From an uncultured Gemmatimonadaceae bacterium (GTDB lineage: Bacteria > Gemmatimonadota > Gemmatimonadetes > Gemmatimonadales > Gemmatimonadaceae), in the NCBI GenBank assembly GCA_963716745.1, contig OY970320.1, positions 1,856,001-1,920,000 on the forward strand: DNA of 64,000 nt, read 5' to 3'. Made by a program: the position numbers and the translations under genes. The stretch's first letter is position 1; the number at the start of each line of letters is the position of its first letter. The notes below the pieces were generated by a model. It was not told where the DNA came from, searched no databases, and worked only from the letters and a program-made list of their open reading frames with translations. This document shows positions 61,460 to 64,000 of this stretch, in pieces.

Positions 61460-62377
61460 GTGACTCCCGAGAATCTTTCCGGCTCATCGCTCGCCGGTTA
61501 CACGTTGCAGGAAATGGTCGGTGAAGGCGGCACCGCAGTCGTCTATCGCTCCGAGCATCCGCAGCACGGCACCGTCGCGGTGAAGGTCCTCCGAGAGAAA
61601 CTGCGCAACGACAAGACTGCGGTCGCGCGGTTCCTCCGCGAAGCGACCTACGGGACGCGCGTGACGCACCCGAATGTCGTACGCACGATCGATATCGGCG
61701 AAGCGCGTCCCGGTGTGCACTTCATCGCGATCGAATGGGCGCCCGGAGAACTCCTCGAAAAGTACGCGAAACGCAAGGTTCCGCTGAGTCCCGAAGAGAC
61801 GGCACTCATCATCGGGCAGATCGCGGATGCGGTGCACGCCGCGCATCTCACCGGCATCATCCATCGCGACCTGAAACCCGAGAACGTGATGTACGATCCG
61901 GAAGCGAAGCTGGTCAAGCTGCTGGATTTCGGGATCGCCGCCCAAGCCGACACCGCGCCCGAGGAGCGGCTCACACGCGCCGGATTCTTCGTCGGCACGC
62001 TCATGTACGTGGCGCCGGAAGCACTTTCCGGCCAGTTGGTGACGGCATCCGCCGATCAGTATAGCCTCGCGACGATCGCGTACTATCTGCTGTCCGGCTG
62101 CCTCCCCTACTCGGGTCGCTCCCAGCGCGAGCTCTTCACACAGTTGCTCTCTCAGCCGCCCATCGCGCTCGGCGCGGCGAAGAAGGGACTTTCGATCGAC
62201 CCGGGCGTGGAAGCGGTGATCATGAAAGGGCTGTCTCGCAATCCGGCGGACCGGTACGCGGACGCATTGGCGTTCGCCGCGGCGCTCAAGACCGCGGTCG
62301 AGACGCCTGCGGCGCCGCAAGCCGGCGGATTGCTCGCGCGCATGAAGTCGATGATGCGCCGCGGAGAGCAGCCCTGA
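61460..62377 (+). CDS. Soluble Hanks-type Ser/Thr protein kinase
   Basis: GEGGTAVVY, VAVK, HRDLKPEN, DFG, GTLMYVAPE; no TM segment. Confidence 0.93.
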   Translation: MTPENLSGSSLAGYTLQEMVGEGGTAVVYRSEHPQHGTVAVKVLREKLRNDKTAVARFLREATYGTRVTHPNVVRTIDIGEARPGVHFIAIEWAPGELLEKYAKRKVPLSPEETALIIGQIADAVHAAHLTGIIHRDLKPENVMYDPEAKLVKLLDFGIAAQADTAPEERLTRAGFFVGTLMYVAPEALSGQLVTASADQYSLATIAYYLLSGCLPYSGRSQRELFTQLLSQPPIALGAAKKGLSIDPGVEAVIMKGLSRNPADRYADALAFAAALKTAVETPAAPQAGGLLARMKSMMRRGEQP

Positions 62378-62943
62378 CCACCGAGACGGAGCGGCTCGTT
62401 CGGCTGCTCGCCGAACGCTCGACGCGCCGCGGTCGCTTCACACTGGCATCAGGGCGCGAATCCACCCTGTACGTGGACTGCCGGCTGACGACCATGAGCC
62501 CCGAAGGCCTCTCGCTCATCGGGCCGCTCGCACTGCGCACCATTCGGGACGCTGGATGGGATGCGCAGTCGGTGGGCGGCCTGACGCTCGGCGCGGATCC
62601 GGTCGCCTACGCGATCAGCTACGCGAGCGCACTCGATGGGCCGCCGCTGCGCGCGTTCACGGTGCGAAAGGAAGCGAAGCAACACGGCACCGGGAAGCTC
62701 ATCGAAGGTCCGTTCTTGGCGGGTGACCGCGTGGTCGTCGTCGAGGACGTGATCACGACGGGCGGATCGGCGCAACGCGCCGCGGAGGCGGTGCGCGCCG
62801 CGGGCGGCATCGTGTTGGGTGTGCTCGCCGTATGCGACCGCGAGGAAGGCGGCCGCGAGACGCTCGAGCGTGACGGCATGGCCGTGCGCGCGCTGGCGCG
62901 GTTGAGTGACATCGTCGGAATGCTGCCGCCTCTCGAGCAATAA
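62374..62943 (+). CDS. pyrE: Orotate phosphoribosyltransferase
   Basis: GRFTLASGRESTLYVDCR, GGLTLGADP, RKEAKQHG, VVEDVITTGGS; the reading frame extends back to CTG at 62374. Confidence 0.93.
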   Translation: MTTETERLVRLLAERSTRRGRFTLASGRESTLYVDCRLTTMSPEGLSLIGPLALRTIRDAGWDAQSVGGLTLGADPVAYAISYASALDGPPLRAFTVRKEAKQHGTGKLIEGPFLAGDRVVVVEDVITTGGSAQRAAEAVRAAGGIVLGVLAVCDREEGGRETLERDGMAVRALARLSDIVGMLPPLEQ

Positions 62944-62956
62944 CGCGCGCCCAGGA

Positions 62957-63840
62957 TCACTCCAGACCGCGCAGCACGCCCGACCAACGCGAGCCCTTGG
63001 ACAGCGGATAGAAACGCCGCAGGATGCCAAGGTAGGGCAGCACGAGCTCCTCACGAAACCGTTGCAGCATGCCCTCGCCATCATACCGCGAGCGGAAGTC
63101 GAGCGCGGTCATGCCGAGCAGGGTGCGCACGTGGCGACCGAAGCTCTGCGGCGACGAATATTCGAGATGATTGGCGACGTTCGCGATCGATAGTCCGGGG
63201 TTCTCGAAGGCGCGCGCAGCATGCGTGAGGCGCGAATAGGCCAGGTATCGTTTCGGCGGCGGCAACTGTACGCGAAAGAAGCGGCTCATCAACGTGCTGG
63301 GCAGCACGTCCAGTTGCCGTGAGAGCCCGCGCACGGTGGAGCACGTGGCCGCCGGCCGGAACAATGCCTCGAAGAACCGCCAACAATCATCGGGCACGCC
63401 GAGCAGGTCGAGGGAGAGCAGGCCGAGCGCGAGCCGTTTAATGTCATCGCCTTGGCCGTTCGCCAGGACCTTTCGCAGATCGTGCCACCCGAGTCCTTCA
63501 CGTACATCCACGAGATCGCGCACCCCGCACTGGCCGAGCGTGAGGACTGCCTGCGCGGTCGCCGGTTCGATGCGCGAGAGCAGCGCGATGGCGGGCACGC
63601 GCGGGAATTCGCGCACGAGCTGTGCGATATGCGTGCAGGCGGCGGGATCACAGCGCGCGACCGAGACGAGGACGGCGCCGACATCCTGGGTGCGGAGGTC
63701 GTGGAGCACCTCATCGACGCTTTGGCGGTGGACGGCGTGGTAAAGACCATCGCCCGCGGCATCCACGCGTGCGCGTTCGGAGGGGATGGAGCACCGGTGG
63801 CGACGGTGCCGACGGGCCGGCGCACGTTCGGAAGCGGCAT
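62957..63840 (-). CDS. AraC-family regulator with receiver-like N-terminal region; apparent indels ~63785-63797
   Basis: TVRGLSRQL...STLMSRF; SIANVANHLEYSSPQSFGRHVRTLLGMT. Confidence 0.85.
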
Positions 63841-64000
63841 GGGGACGTCCTGAGAGGGTGAGCGATGCGGATCGACGCTATGCGGCGCCGTCACCGTGGC
63901 GTCACGGCCGCGCAATGCAATGCGTGGTATCGCGCGGAAGTGATCTCGTTCTTCGTGCGGAGTTTGATTTCGTATAATAGTGACCACTAATTACTAAATA

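Noticed and set aside
59900..62377. GWxTD protein plus kinase as a defence or signalling system
   Set aside because: Only divergent adjacency; no shared motif or known defence domains support a functional link

Overview
High-GC core chromosomal segment, most consistent with a Gemmatimonadota-like bacterium (inferred from gene content and style, not tested). It probably lies near the origin, since it carries mnmG, a perfect parS site, parA and parB. It is dense with housekeeping and envelope genes. These include an ArgR-regulated arginine cluster (argC-argB-argD-argA divergent from argR-argG-argH), ispG, thrB, a moeB/moeZ-like gene, a hisA-like gene with hisIE, murB, polA and pyrE. It also has a type IV minor-pilin cluster, two further pilins, a BMP-family nucleoside ABC operon, several secreted hydrolases, a plastocyanin-like lipoprotein and a cold-shock gene. 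No rRNA, tRNA, CRISPR array, transposase or integrase was seen. Roughly 18 single-base frameshifts, many in essential genes, look like long-read assembly errors rather than biology. The most unusual items are: a stand-alone degenerate [FeFe]-hydrogenase-fold (Nar1-like) protein; a parS-parA-parB-(probably inactive M23)-bactofilin operon; a RelA/SpoT-type HD protein lacking its catalytic residues; a CRP-box / blue-copper / Cys-rich regulator / degenerate hisA module; a PilX-like protein with a polyproline tail; a terminator-like hairpin in the csp leader; clear operators (NrtR-like, tandem ARG boxes); and repeated leaderless-promoter geometry. All functional calls come from motif recognition by eye; no database search was run.
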